Positions 18,930 to 29,252 of a DNA stretch of 64,000 bases are shown in pieces (the stretch's first letter is position 1; every line of letters begins with the position of its first letter). The notes below the pieces were generated by a model. That model was not told where the DNA came from. It saw only the letters and a program-made list of their open reading frames with translations, and did no database searches. A program made the translations under genes and the position numbers. Source of the DNA: an uncultured delta proteobacterium (GTDB lineage: Bacteria; Myxococcota_A; Polyangia; Polyangiales; Polyangiaceae); assembly GCA_963841435.1 (NCBI GenBank), contig CAWJCS010000002.1, positions 480,001 to 544,000 of the forward strand. The letters run 5' to 3'.

Positions 18930-20233
18930 GAGGCACCCTTGATCAAGGCAAGCTGGTGGCAGGCAAGGTTTCGTTGGGCTCGATGCACCGCGCGCCGGGT
19001 TCGTGCCTGGTCTTCCTGAGTCAGATCGTTGATCAGGTCGGTCATGCTCGCGGTGCCGAGCTCGAGCTGGAGCTCCGTTTGCTTGCGTGCGCGCTCTCGC
19101 ACGTCGAGCAGCCCGTCATCCAGCCGGATGACGGCGTCGAGTCGGTGGAGCTCGGTGGTCTGCGTGTCGAGCTCCAGGTTCACCTGCTTGACGACGGTGT
19201 CCCGCTGCCGCGCGACCAGCGCGCGCTGCACTGCCAGCTGCTCACTCCCGTTCCGGTGGGTGCCCGCGTACAGATAGGTCAGCGGCACCGTGAGCTGAAT
19301 GCCGCCAATGAAGTAGAACTCGAAGCTGTCGTTCAGGAAGTTGAGGCCGGGGCGGCCGTAACCGCCGGTCGCGAAGGCCCCGAGCCGCGGGTAGTCAACA
19401 TCCCGACTCAGCTGCTCCTGCGCGTCGAGCGTCTGGGCCTGGGCGTCCAGCAGGCTGAGCTCCGGTCAACGCAGGGAGCTCGGGGCCGGGTGCGTCCCGG
19501 GCTCCGCGCAGGTCGTCGCTTCCGGTGCGAGCACGGCGCTCGGCGACAGCGCGGCGCCGGTCAGATCCTGGAGGCTCTGCCTGACTCCGGTGAGCTGAGC
19601 GCTCGCCTCCGCCATGGCTTGGCCCGCCTCGAGCTGTCTTGCCTGAGCGAGCAGCAGGTCCCGCTCGGTGGATAGCCCGTTCTTTAGCGCCACCTGCGCC
19701 TTGTCGACGACCGTCCCGAGGTAGCGCTGCAGGGCCTCGTCCTGCGCTTCGAGCTCTTGCTGGACCACCCCGGCAAAGTACAGCTGCAAGATGCGGTCCT
19801 GCACCTGGTGCCACTCGACGTTGACCTTCTCGTGCTCGACGCGAGCCTGCGTTTCCGCCAGGTGCTTCTGATCCGCGGTGACGCCGCCGTCCCAGATGCT
19901 CTGCTTGAGATCCAGCGTGGCCTTGTACTGATCCTTCGACGGGGGCGAGATGTTCAGGCCGGGGATCGGGATGGCGATGCTGGTGACCTCGGATTGCCAG
20001 GTCGCCTGCGCGCCCAGGGACAGCTGCGGCCAGTACGCGCGATTGAGCTTCGCGCGCGTGAGCTCGAGCGATTGGGCGAGAAGCGGCTGCTTGGCCAGCG
20101 TCGGATGATGGCGCCGAGCGGCGTCGAGGAGCGAGGCCAAGGACACGGTCGACTCGCCGTCGGCGTGCGCCGGAGCGGGCGCGAGCGAGAGACCCACGAG
20201 CGCGACGCCCGCCAAGGCCGATGATATTCGCAT
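18926..20233 (-). pseudogene. TolC-family outer-membrane efflux protein with in-frame TGA at 19466-19468
   Basis: The two ORF-track pieces share one frame; reads SLR*PELSLL, where RPEL is the usual TolC-family motif; continues GYGRPGLNFL to a stop overlapping the HlyD start. Confidence 0.85.
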
Positions 20234-20234
20234 G

Positions 20235-20855
20235 CTAGGTAACCTTTCTTCGGCGACGAACCGGGGTTAAGAGCAGCACGATGTAGCGCTTTATCTCCTT
20301 GGCGCGCGCTGCCAGAAACGCGCGGTACTCGCGCTCGTCGAGCCCGAGGAAGCCTTTGATCAGGTTTTTCCCGACGAACGGCATCACGCACATGCCGAGC
20401 AGTGAGACGACGAACTGCCGCGCATCGTGCGCCCGTATCTGCTTGGCGCGCACCGCGGCCTCGAACGCGCGCACGAGTTGCTTGGGAAGCGCGACGTTGA
20501 CCTGCTTGAGCAGTTCGGTGTGGTTCGTGGAGACCTGCAAGAGATAAGAGGGGAGGAACGGATTTTCGATCAGGTACGCGAGGTACAGCTCGACGAACTG
20601 GCAGGCAAAGCGGATGAAGTCGGGCTGCTCGCGCAGACTCGCCTCCACCTGCGGGAAGAGCTGCTTGGCCTTCTCCTTGAAGATCTGCGCGAACAGCTCG
20701 TCCTTGCTGCGAAAGTGATAGTGCAGCATCGCCTTGTTGATCTGGGCCTGATCGGCGATGGCCTGCATGCGCGAGCGGTCGTAGCCCCGGGCCAGAAATT
20801 CGGCTTCCGCGGCGGCCAGGATCCGCGCTTTGGCGTCGCTTTCACGCTCGGTCAT
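20235..20855 (-). CDS. TetR/AcrR family regulator
   Basis: RILAAAEAEF..G....MQAIADQAQINKAMLHYHFRSKDELF HTH. Confidence 0.95.
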   Translation of the reverse strand: MTERESDAKARILAAAEAEFLARGYDRSRMQAIADQAQINKAMLHYHFRSKDELFAQIFKEKAKQLFPQVEASLREQPDFIRFACQFVELYLAYLIENPFLPSYLLQVSTNHTELLKQVNVALPKQLVRAFEAAVRAKQIRAHDARQFVVSLLGMCVMPFVGKNLIKGFLGLDEREYRAFLAARAKEIKRYIVLLLTPVRRRRKVT

Positions 20856-20863
20856 GCAAAACT

Positions 20864-20915
20864 AACCACACGGTTGAACCGTACGGTTAATGCCGCGACG
20901 TGAGCGATCTGTCAA
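20864..20915 (-). promoter_or_regulatory. Tandem TetR-type operator AACC-N4-GGTT x2 with sigma70 -35 TTGACA
   Basis: AACCACACGGTT (20864-20875) and perfect palindrome AACCGTACGGTT (20877-20888) just upstream of tetR; TTGACA on minus strand at 20910-20915. Confidence 0.7.
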
Positions 20916-21019
20916 GTCCCTCGGCTTTTCTGCGCAGTGACGGCGCTACGGACGGTACTGCTGTGGTCGCTAAAAAATGCTGACGCCGCCGTCACGAAAG
21001 TCCGCGCGCTCTACCTGTC

Positions 21020-21082
21020 ATGCACGCCGGGGAGATCGCAGTGCTCGAGTGGTGCGATGTGGACCTCGAGCGACGCATCATG
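21020..21082 (+). pseudogene. Tyrosine recombinase box I shard
   Basis: MHAGEIAVLEWCDVDLERRIM resembles GxRxGExxxLxWxDVDL. Confidence 0.6.
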
Positions 21083-21199
21083 GAAAGGGCAGCCTAGCTT
21101 CGCCGGCGGCACCGCGTTTCGGTGTGATTCGTTGAACCAAAAACGACGGCGCGTGGCCTGGCTTGCCAGGGTGGAAGAATGGGAGTAGCCCTTGATTTC

Positions 21200-22606
21200 A
21201 TGAGAGTATTGCGCGCGGCGGTGGTGCTCGGGGTCTCGACGCCGCTGGTCGTGGCATGCGGCGGCACCTCGAAGCAGGGGAGCACGGCGGACGACGGTGG
21301 GAGCTCGTCCGCGGGTACCTCGGGCCAGGCGGGGAGCTCGGGCGTTGGCGGCGGAGCGACGGGTGGCTCGTCGGGCGCTGGCGGCGGAGCGACGGGTGGC
21401 TCGTCGGGCGTTGGCGGCGGAGCGACGGGTGGCTCGTCGGGCGTTGGCGGCGGAGCGACGGGTGGCTCGTCGGGTGCTGGCGGCAAAGCGATGGGTGGCT
21501 CGTCGGGTGCTGGCGGCGGAGCGACGGGTGGCTCGTCGGGCGCGGCTGGCTCGCCCGTGGACCCTCCGACGTTCCAGGCACCCGTCCCGGTCGCGCCGGG
21601 CCAAGGCATTCCGTCGGACGTGGCGCTCGTGGATTGGGACGACAAGCCGGGGCTCGACGTGATTTTCGCCAGCCGCACCGAGCTCCGCTACTTCTCCAAT
21701 GACGGCTTGGGAGGCTTCCCGACTTCGGTGTCGCTCGGTGCGGGAGCGACTGCCTTGGGCATGGGGCGGTTCGACGCGGGAGACTCGTTCGATCTGCTGC
21801 TCGGTCGCGACGATGAGTACGATACGACGGTGGCGTTCGGCGATGGCGCGGGAGCGGTGGATAGCTCCGAAAAGGAGACATTCGGTTCCGAGGGGTATCT
21901 GCAAAACTTCTTCGTCGCCGATGTCGACGGGAGCGGCGATACCGACGACTTCGTGAGCACCTGTGACGGTACCCTGAGCGTCGTCGTGACGACGGGCATG
22001 ACCGGGCCTGCCCTGCTCGATGCTCGGGGTCTCGCGGGCGCGGGGCCGCGAGACGGCGTCCTGGCCAAGCTCGGCACCGGGCAGTGGCTCGTCTCTTCGA
22101 CTGACGAGGGCATCGACCGGAGCCTCGTCACCTACTCGACCGGGCCTTCGGCCGTCGAAATCGGTATGCCGCTCAACACGCCCATCGCGGATCTGCCGGG
22201 GCAGCTCGACGTAGGTGACTTCAACCGAGACGGCTTCGACGATGTCGCGATGACGTTCAGGGCGAAGGGTGCTGTCGGCGTCTTGCTCGGCGACGGCAAC
22301 GGCACCGGAGGCTTTCTGCCCCTCGTGACGTACGACGTGGGCGACAGCGCAGACGACGTGAAGATGGGTGAGTTCAACGGTGATGGCAAGCCCGACATCG
22401 TCGTGAGCCTTCCCGCTTCGGACGCCGTCGCCGTTCTTGTCGGCGACGGCGAGGGCGGCTTCTCCGAGCCCACGCGGGTCAGTACGGGCGCCGGCTCCCA
22501 TCCCACGCGCCTGGCGGTGGGTGATCTCGATGGCAGCGAAAGAGACGACCTGGCCGTGGTCGGCGCGATGAGCCACCAAGTGATCGTGCTGTTGTCGAAG
22601 AACTGA
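21200..22606 (+). CDS. FG-GAP/VCBS repeat lipoprotein with Gly-rich linker
   Basis: LVVAC lipobox; GDFNRDGFDDVA, GEFNGDGKPDIVV, GDLDG..DDLAV repeats. Confidence 0.88.
   Translation: MRVLRAAVVLGVSTPLVVACGGTSKQGSTADDGGSSSAGTSGQAGSSGVGGGATGGSSGAGGGATGGSSGVGGGATGGSSGVGGGATGGSSGAGGKAMGGSSGAGGGATGGSSGAAGSPVDPPTFQAPVPVAPGQGIPSDVALVDWDDKPGLDVIFASRTELRYFSNDGLGGFPTSVSLGAGATALGMGRFDAGDSFDLLLGRDDEYDTTVAFGDGAGAVDSSEKETFGSEGYLQNFFVADVDGSGDTDDFVSTCDGTLSVVVTTGMTGPALLDARGLAGAGPRDGVLAKLGTGQWLVSSTDEGIDRSLVTYSTGPSAVEIGMPLNTPIADLPGQLDVGDFNRDGFDDVAMTFRAKGAVGVLLGDGNGTGGFLPLVTYDVGDSADDVKMGEFNGDGKPDIVVSLPASDAVAVLVGDGEGGFSEPTRVSTGAGSHPTRLAVGDLDGSERDDLAVVGAMSHQVIVLLSKN
21341..21538 (+). repeat. 33-bp tandem repeat x6 encoding G(V/A)GGGATGGSS
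   Basis: Unit ggcgttggcggcggagcgacgggtggctcgtcg with few variants. Confidence 0.92.
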
Positions 22607-22652
22607 AAGGGGCGCTGACGGCTCGCTCACGGCGGTCTACGCTGAGGGTCGT

Positions 22653-23189
22653 ATGAGCGAGCGCGAAGCCATCATTCACCTCCTCGACGACGCCTTCTCG
22701 GAGGAGCTTTGCCGGCGCGCCATCGAGACCGTGGCGCAAAAACGCTGGTACTTCGGCAACGCCTCGGTGGGGGCGGGGGAGCCCGGCTTCTGGAAAATGG
22801 ACCTGGATGGAGACGCCACGGCGGACGCTCTGTGGTCGGCCCTGCGCGATCGCTGTGAAGCGCTGACGAGAGGACCGCTCAGCGTGCTGCGGCAATACGC
22901 CAACGGCCACACCTACGGCCTGGGAGGGCGCAGCCACGTCGATGATCCGCGTCCGGGTCACTACACGCTTCTCTACTACCCGATGCCGGCGTGGGACCCC
23001 GCCTGGGGTGGTGAAACGGTGTTCCACAAGAGCAACGGAGAAATCGCGCTTTCGCTCCTGCCGAAGCCCAATCGGGCCGTCTTGTTCGACGCGCGCATTC
23101 CGCACGAGGGCCGCGCGCCGAGCCGTGACTACGGCGGGCTACGCGTTACCCTGGCCTTCAAGCTCGGACCCGCGGGAGCCCGACCATGA
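22653..23189 (+). CDS. 2OG-Fe(II) oxygenase
   Basis: HVD, WGGET.F, PNRAVLFDARIPH, R.TLAFK. Confidence 0.85.
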   Translation: MSEREAIIHLLDDAFSEELCRRAIETVAQKRWYFGNASVGAGEPGFWKMDLDGDATADALWSALRDRCEALTRGPLSVLRQYANGHTYGLGGRSHVDDPRPGHYTLLYYPMPAWDPAWGGETVFHKSNGEIALSLLPKPNRAVLFDARIPHEGRAPSRDYGGLRVTLAFKLGPAGARP

Positions 23190-23860
23190 TCGTCAGCCTA
23201 CCTGATTTGCTCGACGCGCCGACTCTCGACTCCCTGCGCCACGCACTCGCGGGCGCGAGCTGGCAAGACGGGCGGGCTAGCGCCGAAGGCACGGCGCGCG
23301 AGGTCAAACACAATCTGGTCGTGCCCCACGAGCATCCTGCTTCGCAGGCCGCCGGGCGCATCCTGCTCGAGCGCTTGTCGCAGCACGCCGGTTTCAAGGC
23401 CGCGGCCCTGCCCAAGCTGATCCTGCCGCTCCAGCTCTGTCGCTACGACGCCGGAATGGGCTACGGAGACCACCTCGACTTGCCGTTGATGGGCACCGCG
23501 ACCGGCGCGATCCGCACCGACATTTCGATGACCGTCTTTCTGTCCGATGGCTCGGACTACGAGGGCGGTGAGCTCGTCTTCGCCACCGATTACGGCACCC
23601 ACCGCGTGCGCGGCGAGGCCGGCGAGGCCGTGCTCTATCCCTCCTCCACGCTCCACCGCGTGGAGCCGGTCGTACGCGGCTCGCGCCGGGTGGCGATCAC
23701 CTGGATTCAGAGCCTGGTGCGCGACGCCGCCAAAAGAAAAATCGTCTTCGACCTGGCGCAGGTGGCAACCAAGCTCGATGCTACCGGGGCGAGCGAGGAG
23801 CACGTCCGCGCCCTCCGCCAAGCCCAATTCAACCTGCTCAGGCTCTGGGCGGAGCCGTGA
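23186..23860 (+). CDS. PKHD-type Fe(II)/2OG hydroxylase (PiuC/YbiX-like)
   Basis: WQDGRASA, YGDHLD, RTDISMTVFLSD..YEGGEL, YPSSTLHRVEPV.RG.R, WIQSLVRD. Confidence 0.92.
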   Translation: MIVSLPDLLDAPTLDSLRHALAGASWQDGRASAEGTAREVKHNLVVPHEHPASQAAGRILLERLSQHAGFKAAALPKLILPLQLCRYDAGMGYGDHLDLPLMGTATGAIRTDISMTVFLSDGSDYEGGELVFATDYGTHRVRGEAGEAVLYPSSTLHRVEPVVRGSRRVAITWIQSLVRDAAKRKIVFDLAQVATKLDATGASEEHVRALRQAQFNLLRLWAEP

Positions 23861-24048
23861 GTCTCGGAGACGCCCAGACCCAGAACGCGAGCGTGTGCGC
23901 ACCGTCCCTCTGTGGGTGTGCGCGCCGCGCCCTTTGCGGAAACCCGCGCCCTCACGCGGCTCTAGGGCCGACTTGGCGGCCGGATGAGCCGGTGCCCGAC
24001 CCGGCGCCTTGAATCCGACTGGGCCGCTGCTCGTCCGACGGGGATAGG

Positions 24049-25201
24049 ATGAAGTCCATGAACGACCACGCACCGATCGCGATTCGCCGTGCCCTCTTGC
24101 AGGACCGCATGCCCGCGGCTCGCCGTCGGTGGTCGCTCGCGCTCGCGGCGACCTCCATCCTCGTCCTGGCGTCGGGCTGCCAGGCTCACCTGCAAGCGCA
24201 GGCGGGGAGCGCGTCGTCTGCCGACGCGAACGGCACGGCTGAAGGCAGCGGTGCCGCCACGGACGACGGCGGCGCCGAGGCCACCACGACCCAGGGCACA
24301 GCCGACGGCGACGCCGGCAACACGAGCAGCAAGGGTACCGGAGGCGTCCATGCCACCTGGCGCGGGCACGCCCAGGTGTTCGACCAAGTTCAGCGCCCCG
24401 ATGAGCGACAAGGTTGGCGCTTCGGCTCGGGGCCGAGCGTTCGTCGGCGTCCGCGGGCAGGGGCGCGGACACGCAGAGGGGGACGCCCACGCCGACGCCG
24501 CAGGCCACGCCAAGGACAAGGACGGGGACGAGGACAAGGGCACAAAAAAGGGCAAGGGCCACGCCGACGGCAAGGGCCACACCGACGGCAAGGGCCGCGC
24601 AGTAGGCGCCGCTCACGCATCCGACCAGGCGCGCGAGCGCGGGAGCGCGCGCGCCGCCCTCCACGGCAAGGTTCCCACCCAGGAAGAGCTCCAGCATCCG
24701 ATCGACGCGCCGAAGGAGCCGCCCGAGAACGTCTTCGGTTACGAAAAGCCAGTGAAGGGCTGCTTCGAAGGCACGGTGTTCTTCCTGGAGCCGAAGACCA
24801 AGAGCTTGCCGAGCGGCTACGACGCGCTCGATGCCGCCACCGTGCTTTATGCCTGCGAGTGGGACATCCCGGCGCGCGACTGGAAGCAGGGGTTCCCCGG
24901 GATCCCCGAGCGCTTCGAGTGGTTCGCCATCCGCTACGCGGGAAGCTTCGCCGTCAAGGACGCCGGCAAGTACGGCTTTCGCCTGGCGAGCGACGACGGC
25001 TCGAAGCTCACGATCGACGGCAAGCTCGTCATCGACAACGACGGCGAGCATCCGCCCAAGACCAAGACGACAACGGTGGAGCTCACGGCCGGCGACCACG
25101 ACATGGTGCTCGAATACTTCCAGGGCCCCCGGTTCCTCATCAACCTGCAGCTTTACGTCACGCCGCCCAAGGGCAGCGAGGGGCTCTTCTCGGTGCGCTG
25201 A
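24049..25201 (+). pseudogene. PA14-domain lipoprotein, +1 frameshift near 24379
   Basis: LASGC lipobox in one frame; GFPGIPERFEWFAIRY, FRLASDDGSKL.IDG..VIDNDG.H in the next; extra T in gtg-t-tcg (possible sequencing error). Confidence 0.8.
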
Positions 25202-25296
25202 GCGCGCCCACGAACAACCCGGCGGCAATCAGAAGCCCCGCGCGGATGTCGATGGCGCCGTGAACGTGATGAGCCACTTCACTGCAAGCCTTCGGG

Positions 25297-25920
25297 TCAT
25301 CGCTCCACGCCCGCGTCGCGGACGCGAGTTGCCGACTGCGGGGTGTCCTCGGTGCATAGCCTGACGTCCTTCAACGACCACTCTATCCCGTAGCGTTCCA
25401 GCCATCCGGCCCGCACGAGCTTGCCGACAGCGATGACGGATGCGCCGAACGCCGGCAGGTCGCAACACACTCGGGACTCGTCACCTATACACCGCACGTC
25501 GTCCAGCTTGATGCCGCGAGCCACGGAGCCCGCCACGGGGGAAGCTCCGGTCACGAGGACCGTGGCGCTCGAAATCCGACAGCAAGCTTGACCGTCGCGG
25601 ACGTAGCGACAGGCCTTGGGGGTGGAAGAAGAACTCAGCGTCAGTGCCAGGGAGCCGCGCACGGCGAGCGGCTCGCCCAAGGGCCCCGGCGGTACCCCCG
25701 TGATCGTGCTCGCATCGATCGCCGAGAGCCCCGGGGCGCAAGGGGGGAGCCGTTTGAAGGGCGCGCAGGCTCGATGGATACGGCACTCCGGCGCCCAATG
25801 TTGCCCGGGCCGATAGTCGAGGTGCGCCGAGCGCCCGGAGCGCTCAGCGAGCAACAGCGGCTCGCTCGCCTGTCTCGGCGTCGGCGGCCCCGGCGATCCC
25901 ACCGACGGCAGCGACGCAGA
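25297..25920 (-). pseudogene. Cys-rich secreted-type hypothetical protein lacking its 5' end
   Basis: Coding-like Cys pattern (CIGDESRVCC..FG..V.AVGKL); the upstream part runs into an opposite-strand RCC1 shard and has no signal peptide. Confidence 0.5.
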
Positions 25921-25929
25921 GGGAATCAT

Positions 25930-26215
25930 GTGGGGCCAGGCCATTCCGCCCGCGGGTGCATTCGTCGCGGTCGCGGCCGGCACGGTTCACTCGTGCGCCG
26001 TGCGAGTGAACGGCGACGTCGCGTGTCGGGGGGCTGGGAAGACGAACGGCGACTGCTCGGCGAGCCTGGACGCGTGCGGCATGTCCGTCGCCCCGGCGGG
26101 CCCGTTCGTCGAGGTCGCGGTGGGGTACACGAACTCCTGCGGGATGCTGACGGACGGCAGCGTCGCGTGTTGGGGTTCGAATTCGAACGATCGCTCGACG
26201 CCGCCCGCCGGGCCG
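25930..26215 (+). pseudogene. RCC1-like repeat protein 3' fragment
   Basis: FVAVAAGTVHSCAVRVNGDVAC, FVEVAVGYTNSCGMLTDGSVACWGSN. Confidence 0.75.
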
Positions 26216-26273
26216 ATTCTGACGAGCGCGCGAAGCGCCACCTCAACGCTGGACAGCGCCACCAGGCCGCTCG

Positions 26274-26341
26274 TGACGCCGACCCGAGCGGACGTTGAGG
26301 ACACTGCGCGCCGCACAGCAGCCGGTATCGAGAAACTCCTC
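26274..26341 (+). mobile_element. 68-bp probable IS91-family transposase shard, copy 1
   Basis: TPTRADVEDTARRTAAGIEKLL; 60/68 nt identical to 63258-63325. Confidence 0.6.
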
Positions 26342-26519
26342 AGCGCAACTGACCAGGGGCCAGACGGCCCCGCCGTCGCGCTTGATACCCGTCGCGCACC
26401 CTGCGCTCGGTTTCGGAGAGGACGTGCGCTCCAGGCCGATCGTTACGCGCGCCCACGATTTTTTTCGAAGACGTGCCGCGGGGCTACGGCGCGCTCGCGC
26501 GGAGCTCCGCGACCTTGCC

Positions 26520-26588
26520 CGGCGCAAAGTGCTCGATGAGGAGCGCGGCCACCTGGTCGGGCGCGTCGTGATGAACCCAATGGGATCC
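26520..26588 (-). pseudogene. Alpha/beta hydrolase C-terminal shard
   Basis: GSHWVHHDAPDQVAALLIEHF, epoxide-hydrolase-type catalytic His segment. Confidence 0.6.
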
Positions 26589-26725
26589 CCTCCGGGACGT
26601 GCACGACACGGACAACTGTTGGAAGCAACGCACAGGCCCTTGGCCATCGGGGCTCGGCGGCCCTTCGAAACACGGCTTTGGAGCGAGGCGGCGCTCCGTG
26701 GCATGCTGATGGCGGAACGGTGGTC

Positions 26726-27535
26726 ATGAGGAAGTGGGTGTGCGTGGTCCTGGCGTCGGGCTCGATGAGCCTGGGTTGCACCGGCAAGTCGGTCGTCGAA
26801 AGAGCCGACACCGATCAGGACGCCGGCGGCACGAGCGGCACGAGCGGCACGAGCGGCACGAGCGGCACGAGCGGCACGAGCGGCACGAGCGGCACGAGCG
26901 GCAGCGACGTGGGCGCGGGTGGCACGGTCAGCGGCGCGAGCGGCGGAACGGCCGGCGTCGCCGGCACGGCACCCGCGTCCTGCGACGAGGTAGTGTCGTG
27001 CGGGGGCGACGTGATCGGAGTATGGAGCGTGGTGAGCTCGTGCCTCACGGTGAGCGGCGAGATCGATGTGACGGCGTTGGGGCTTGGCTGCGCGACAGCG
27101 TCCGTCCATGGATCGCTCGAGGTTAGCGGGAGCTGGGGCGCCCACCCGGTTCCCCTGGTCGTAGACGAGACCACGACGGTCGGGACCGAGCACATTTCGC
27201 TGGCGCCCGCTTGCCTTTCGGTGGCGGGGACCGTCGTCCGCTGCGAGCAGCTAGGGCGCATTTTCATGGTCATGGGTTATACCGACGCCCAGTGCGCCGA
27301 CGCGGGGGACGGCTGCGTGTGCGACGCAATCGTGGAGCAAGCCGGCGGTATGGCGTCGGTTTCCGCGTCTCCAACGAGCCAGGGGGCGTTCTCGACGGCG
27401 GGTGATGTGCTCACGGTCTCCGACGGTATCAACGAGACCGACTACACCTACTGCGTGGCGGGCAGCGCGCTGACCATGTCGTTGAAGACCAAGGGGCTCG
27501 GCACCGTGACGGGAACGATCGCACTCGCAAGGTAA
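26726..27535 (+). CDS. Cys-containing lipoprotein with GTS-repeat linker
   Basis: SLGC lipobox; SCGGDVIGVW.VVSSC; YTYCVAGSALT. Confidence 0.75.
   Translation: MRKWVCVVLASGSMSLGCTGKSVVERADTDQDAGGTSGTSGTSGTSGTSGTSGTSGTSGSDVGAGGTVSGASGGTAGVAGTAPASCDEVVSCGGDVIGVWSVVSSCLTVSGEIDVTALGLGCATASVHGSLEVSGSWGAHPVPLVVDETTTVGTEHISLAPACLSVAGTVVRCEQLGRIFMVMGYTDAQCADAGDGCVCDAIVEQAGGMASVSASPTSQGAFSTAGDVLTVSDGINETDYTYCVAGSALTMSLKTKGLGTVTGTIALAR
26828..26899 (+). repeat. Perfect 9-bp tandem repeat (GGCACGAGC)x8
   Basis: Directly visible; encodes (GTS)8. Confidence 0.97.
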
Positions 27536-27703
27536 ACGCCAGCCCTGAGGCGCGGGAGCTCGTCGCGGGGGATCTTCGACCTGGAGGCGGACGGGCGTCG
27601 CGGCCCGCGAGCGGACAGGCGGTTTCGAACCCCGACACGTCACGAATCGTTGGCGAGGGCGCTTGTTGTTGACAAGTCCGGGGTTGCACGGACAGATCGA
27701 TTC

Positions 27704-28966
27704 ATGAAGTGTGCCCAGCGCCGCTACGGAACGTTGGCTGCCCTCGCGATCTCGTCGCTCTTTGCCACGGCCTGCGGCACGGAGAGCCCGAGTGGCCAAA
27801 CGGGTGAAGGGTCGTCAGGCGCCGGAACCGGCGGGGCGCCGTCGGCGGGCAGCGGGTCCGGGGGCACCACCACCGCGGGAACGGGCGGCGGCACGCAAAG
27901 CGGCGGCATGGGCGGGACGAGCGCAGGGACCAGCGGAGTCGCCGGGTCGGGCGGCACGAGCGGAACCGGCGGCGCGTCCGCCGGTGCGAGCGGGAGCGGA
28001 GGCACTGTGAATGCGGGGGGCAGCAGTGGCGCGAGTGGCACGGGCGCGGCGGGCAGCGGCGGCGTAGCGGGCAGCGGTGGCGTAGCGGGCAGCGGTGGCG
28101 CAGCGGGCAGCGGTGGCGCAGCGGGCAGCGGCGGCGCAGCGGGCGGCAGCGGCGCGGCGGGCGGCAGCGGCGCGGCGGGTGATGCGGGTAGCGGAGGCGC
28201 CGGTGGAGCGGCGATGTCGTCCGGCTGCGGCAAGACGCCGACGCTCAAGAACAGCCCAACCGCTACCGCCAACCAGAACACCCTCTCCGTTTCCGGAGCG
28301 AACCGAGAGTTCTTGATCCGCTGGCCATCGAGCTACGACAACATGCACCCCTACCGCTTGGTGCTCGGTTTCCACGGAGCCGGAGGCCAAGACACCGAGG
28401 TCGCACCGTCGTATTTCGGCGTGTTCGATCTGGCGAACGACACCACGATCTTCGCTGCCCCCTCGGCCGCAGGCGGGACCTGGAACGCGACCACCGACAC
28501 CACCTTCGTCGACGAAATCCTGAAGACCGTGGAAGCCGACCTTTGCATCGATACGTCACGCGTCATGCTGGAAGGCTTCAGTCAGGGCGCGGCCATGGTG
28601 GCGACCTTGGCTTGCGCGCGACCCGGAGTCTTCCGCGCCGCCGTAGGTCACTCCCGGGGCGGCTTGACTGCACCCTCGAGCTGCGAGCCCATTCCCTATC
28701 TCGGGTCGCTCGGGTTGAACGACGTCGGTACCAATTCGCAAGCGACGCAGACCGATCCCTTCGCCAAGTGGGACGGCTGCAGCATAGAAACGTTGCCCAC
28801 CGCCCCGAGCGGCGGCCACGTCTGCACCCCCTACAAGGACTGCATGGCGGGCGCCCCCGTCGTCTGGTGCTCCTTCGACGGCCCCCACACGCCCTCCCCT
28901 ACCGATGCGGGCCAGTCAAAAACCTGGATGCCCGCCACCGTCTGGCCGTTCTTGAGCCAGTTCTGA
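27704..28966 (+). CDS. Serine esterase (LpqP / CE1 feruloyl esterase-like) lipoprotein with Gly-rich linker
   Basis: ATAC lipobox, SSGCGK hinge, LCIDTSRV..GFSQGA, WCSFDGPH. Confidence 0.85.
   Translation: MKCAQRRYGTLAALAISSLFATACGTESPSGQTGEGSSGAGTGGAPSAGSGSGGTTTAGTGGGTQSGGMGGTSAGTSGVAGSGGTSGTGGASAGASGSGGTVNAGGSSGASGTGAAGSGGVAGSGGVAGSGGAAGSGGAAGSGGAAGGSGAAGGSGAAGDAGSGGAGGAAMSSGCGKTPTLKNSPTATANQNTLSVSGANREFLIRWPSSYDNMHPYRLVLGFHGAGGQDTEVAPSYFGVFDLANDTTIFAAPSAAGGTWNATTDTTFVDEILKTVEADLCIDTSRVMLEGFSQGAAMVATLACARPGVFRAAVGHSRGGLTAPSSCEPIPYLGSLGLNDVGTNSQATQTDPFAKWDGCSIETLPTAPSGGHVCTPYKDCMAGAPVVWCSFDGPHTPSPTDAGQSKTWMPATVWPFLSQF
28049..28177 (+). repeat. 18-bp tandem repeat (~7 units) encoding AGSGG(V/A)
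   Basis: gcgggcagcggtggcgca-like units. Confidence 0.85.
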
Positions 28967-29089
28967 GCGGCCGCCGCCAGACTGCGTGGGTCTCCTTATC
29001 CAACTCGATACCTGCGAAGTAGGTGTGTCGTCGAGCGACAAGGCGGCGACCAGCGTGGGGGCTGCTACCGAAGCTCGCGCTGGCGTGCA

Positions 29090-29104
29090 TGGCACGGTGC
29101 TCGC
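29090..29104 (+). promoter_or_regulatory. Putative sigma54 -24/-12 promoter
   Basis: TGGCACGGTGCTCGC (GG-N10-GC), ~140 nt before the 29245 gene. Confidence 0.45.
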
Positions 29105-29200
29105 CTCAGGATCGGGGAAAGCCCACGGCGGAGGCAGGGCGGAGTTGTCGTCAAAGATCCCACAGACGAGCGCCTCTCGTTTCGGTACTGGAAGTGGCTC

Positions 29201-29252
29201 GGGCGCTTGCGGAGTCGCCTCGATGAAACAGGGAGCTTGCGACGATGAATAC
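29201..29252 (+). repeat. 52-bp leader+start segment duplicated at 48914-48965
   Basis: 50/52 identity. Confidence 0.9.

Noticed and set aside
19466-19468. Selenocysteine or programmed readthrough in TolC
   Set aside because: The position corresponds to the Arg of RPEL, not Cys; a CGA>TGA change is simpler
21341-21538. 33-bp repeats as a CRISPR array
   Set aside because: Head-to-tail with no spacers, in frame inside a CDS, and no cas genes
27615-27640. GGTTTCGAACCCC as a reverse tRNA T-loop
   Set aside because: The stem pairs poorly and there is no acceptor-like continuation
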